Assembly: GCA_001724265.1 (NCBI GenBank)
Contig: MEDY01000152.1
Span: 1 to 61,529, forward strand
Direction: 5' to 3'
Source of the DNA: Rhizaria sp. SCN 62-66
Lineage: Eukaryota
Length of the DNA: 61,529 bases
Shown here: piece after piece, positions 60,103-61,529 of the stretch
How the letters are laid out: each line of letters opens with the position of its first letter
Position numbering within the stretch: the first letter of the stretch is position 1
Notes under the pieces: model-generated
Seen by the model: the letters and a program-made list of their open reading frames with translations, nothing else
Told to the model about the DNA's origin: nothing
Database searches by the model: none
Made by a program: the position numbers and the translations under genes

Positions 60103-60499
60103 TAGTTTATCAATTAATAACAAGAATGAAATACATTTCACACTATTTTCTACATTGGCGTTTGCACCTCATAAAGGTACTTGCTCAGTAACATATTGCA
60201 CAGAATGTGGCGATTGAGAAATGAGAGAAGATAACATATTAATTTGTGTATACGTACGTACGTATTTGTACTACGGAAAAGACTATATCAGCTAAAATGG
60301 GGTTGCAAACTTTGTGCGAAACACTGTTGTGATGAAGACAGGGACAATATGAACTGAAATAAAAGTGATGTTTCGTATTTTGAAACATGAGAGATGAGAA
60401 ACTAAAAGACAAACTGAAAATCAGTGCTATGAATATAACAGATCAACGGCTTTCACGTGCGTGATTTCGCCATACCAGGTGTGTTATCAAGTGATTAGC

Positions 60500-61529
60500 T
60501 TACATCTGCTGATCATCCATGGGCAAGCCAGCGCCACTCGTCGCACTAGCATCACCAGCAGCATCAACGGGCTGAACCACGGTCTCCGCAGCAGCAGCAG
60601 CAGCAGGATCCGTCGAGGGAGCCGCCTCAGCGCTTACGACAGGCGCGGCCTCAGCGGTTTCCGTGACCGCGGCAGCAGGCTCGGCAGCAGCAACGACCTC
60701 AGTGACAGGAGACGCAGAAGGGGCTGCCTCAGCCTTAGCCATAGCCACAGGGGCAGAGTCGACAGAGGCAGGCGCCTCGGCCTCAGCCTCAGTAGCGACA
60801 GGGGCCTCCACGGCCTCCACAGCAGCAACAGGGACTGGGGCCTGGAGAGCTTCAACCACAGTTGCATCAGCAGCAGGTGTAGGGGTTGTCGTATTGACAG
60901 GCGCAGTCTCGACCGCAGCAACAGCAGGCTCACCGTTGACGTGACTGTTGTTGTTGCTGTGCGCGAGCATCGTGGAGTAGAACTCCTGCACCTCGAGCTT
61001 GTGCACGCTTGCGAAGTAGTCCTTCTCTTCTCCGCTCAGCGCGTCCCACGACGCAACGCCGGCGGGCGTGGCCTCGGCGGCGGCGCCGGCCTCGAACCAC
61101 AGGCGCACGCTGGCGAGCTCCGCGGGGAGCGCGGAGGCCAGCGCGGCGGCCTCGCTGCCCGCGAGCTGCTGCGTCAGCGTCGCGGCCTGCGCGCGCACGC
61201 CCTCGGGGAAGAGCGCAAGCACAGGCGCCGACAGCTGCTGCGCGATCGCGCTCACGTCCATCATCGCGCCGGCACCGGCGCCACTCACTCGCTTCGCCCC
61301 AGCCACACCAGCGTTGTTAGCCGGGATGTTGAGGTTGGCGTTCACGGGGGGCGGCAGCATCACGTCCGCCCCGGCCTCAGCCGCGGCGGCGGCGGCAGCG
61401 GCGGCGGCGGCGGCAGCGGCGGCGGCTGCAGCGGCTGCCGCGGCGGCGCCACGGCCCCTGGGCGCGGGCGTGGGTGCGGGAGCGGCCGCGTAGGCCGGCG
61501 CGCGGTGCAGCGGAGCCGTGGCGGCCGCG
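60500..61529 (-). CDS. 3' part of an Ala/Glu/Pro-rich protein with a possible degenerate HMG-box helix (partial, runs off window)
   Basis: Frame is open from the window end through a poly-Ala tract (~61380-61447) to TAA 60502-60500. WDALSGEEKDYFASVHKLEVQEFYSTM resembles HMG-box helix 3 (W..LS.EEK..Y). Confidence 0.7.
   Translation of the reverse strand, partial: AAATAPLHRAPAYAAAPAPTPAPRGRGAAAAAAAAAAAAAAAAAAAAAAAEAGADVMLPPPVNANLNIPANNAGVAGAKRVSGAGAGAMMDVSAIAQQLSAPVLALFPEGVRAQAATLTQQLAGSEAAALASALPAELASVRLWFEAGAAAEATPAGVASWDALSGEEKDYFASVHKLEVQEFYSTMLAHSNNNSHVNGEPAVAAVETAPVNTTTPTPAADATVVEALQAPVPVAAVEAVEAPVATEAEAEAPASVDSAPVAMAKAEAAPSASPVTEVVAAAEPAAAVTETAEAAPVVSAEAAPSTDPAAAAAAETVVQPVDAAGDASATSGAGLPMDDQQM

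Noticed and set aside
60251-60264. (TACG)n palindromic microsatellite
   Set aside because: Short simple repeat in the spacer between convergent genes; no evidence of function.
1-61529. tRNA (especially a CUA suppressor), rRNA, CRISPR array or transposon
   Set aside because: By eye I found no cloverleaf with a T-loop consensus, no repeat-spacer array, and no transposase, RT motifs or terminal repeats. A tRNAscan-SE/Infernal run is needed to be sure.

Overview
Eukaryotic (protist-type) nuclear DNA: GC-rich coding blocks separated by short AT-rich spacers, with four GT-AG introns. I resolve 11 protein-coding genes. In order: the 3' end of a probable ribosomal protein (eL19-like), an unknown 836-aa gene, a much-expanded COG3, UFD1, a giant single-frame ATR/Mec1-family kinase (11294-48193, 12,299 aa), an MFSD5/MOT2-type transporter, ITFG1/TIP (3 exons), an unknown 452-aa gene, RFC5 (3 exons), a SHIPPO-repeat ODF3-like ciliary protein, and the 3' part of an Ala-rich gene. 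Main result: UAG appears to be a sense codon, most likely Gln, while UAA and UGA remain stops. Five in-frame TAGs interrupt three otherwise continuous genes, including the conserved UFD1 N-domain and ATR, which has homology on both sides of one TAG. All 11 true gene ends are TAA (6) or TGA (5), never TAG. The supplied ORF track therefore fragments these genes. Family assignments rest on motifs I recognise by eye; no searches were run.
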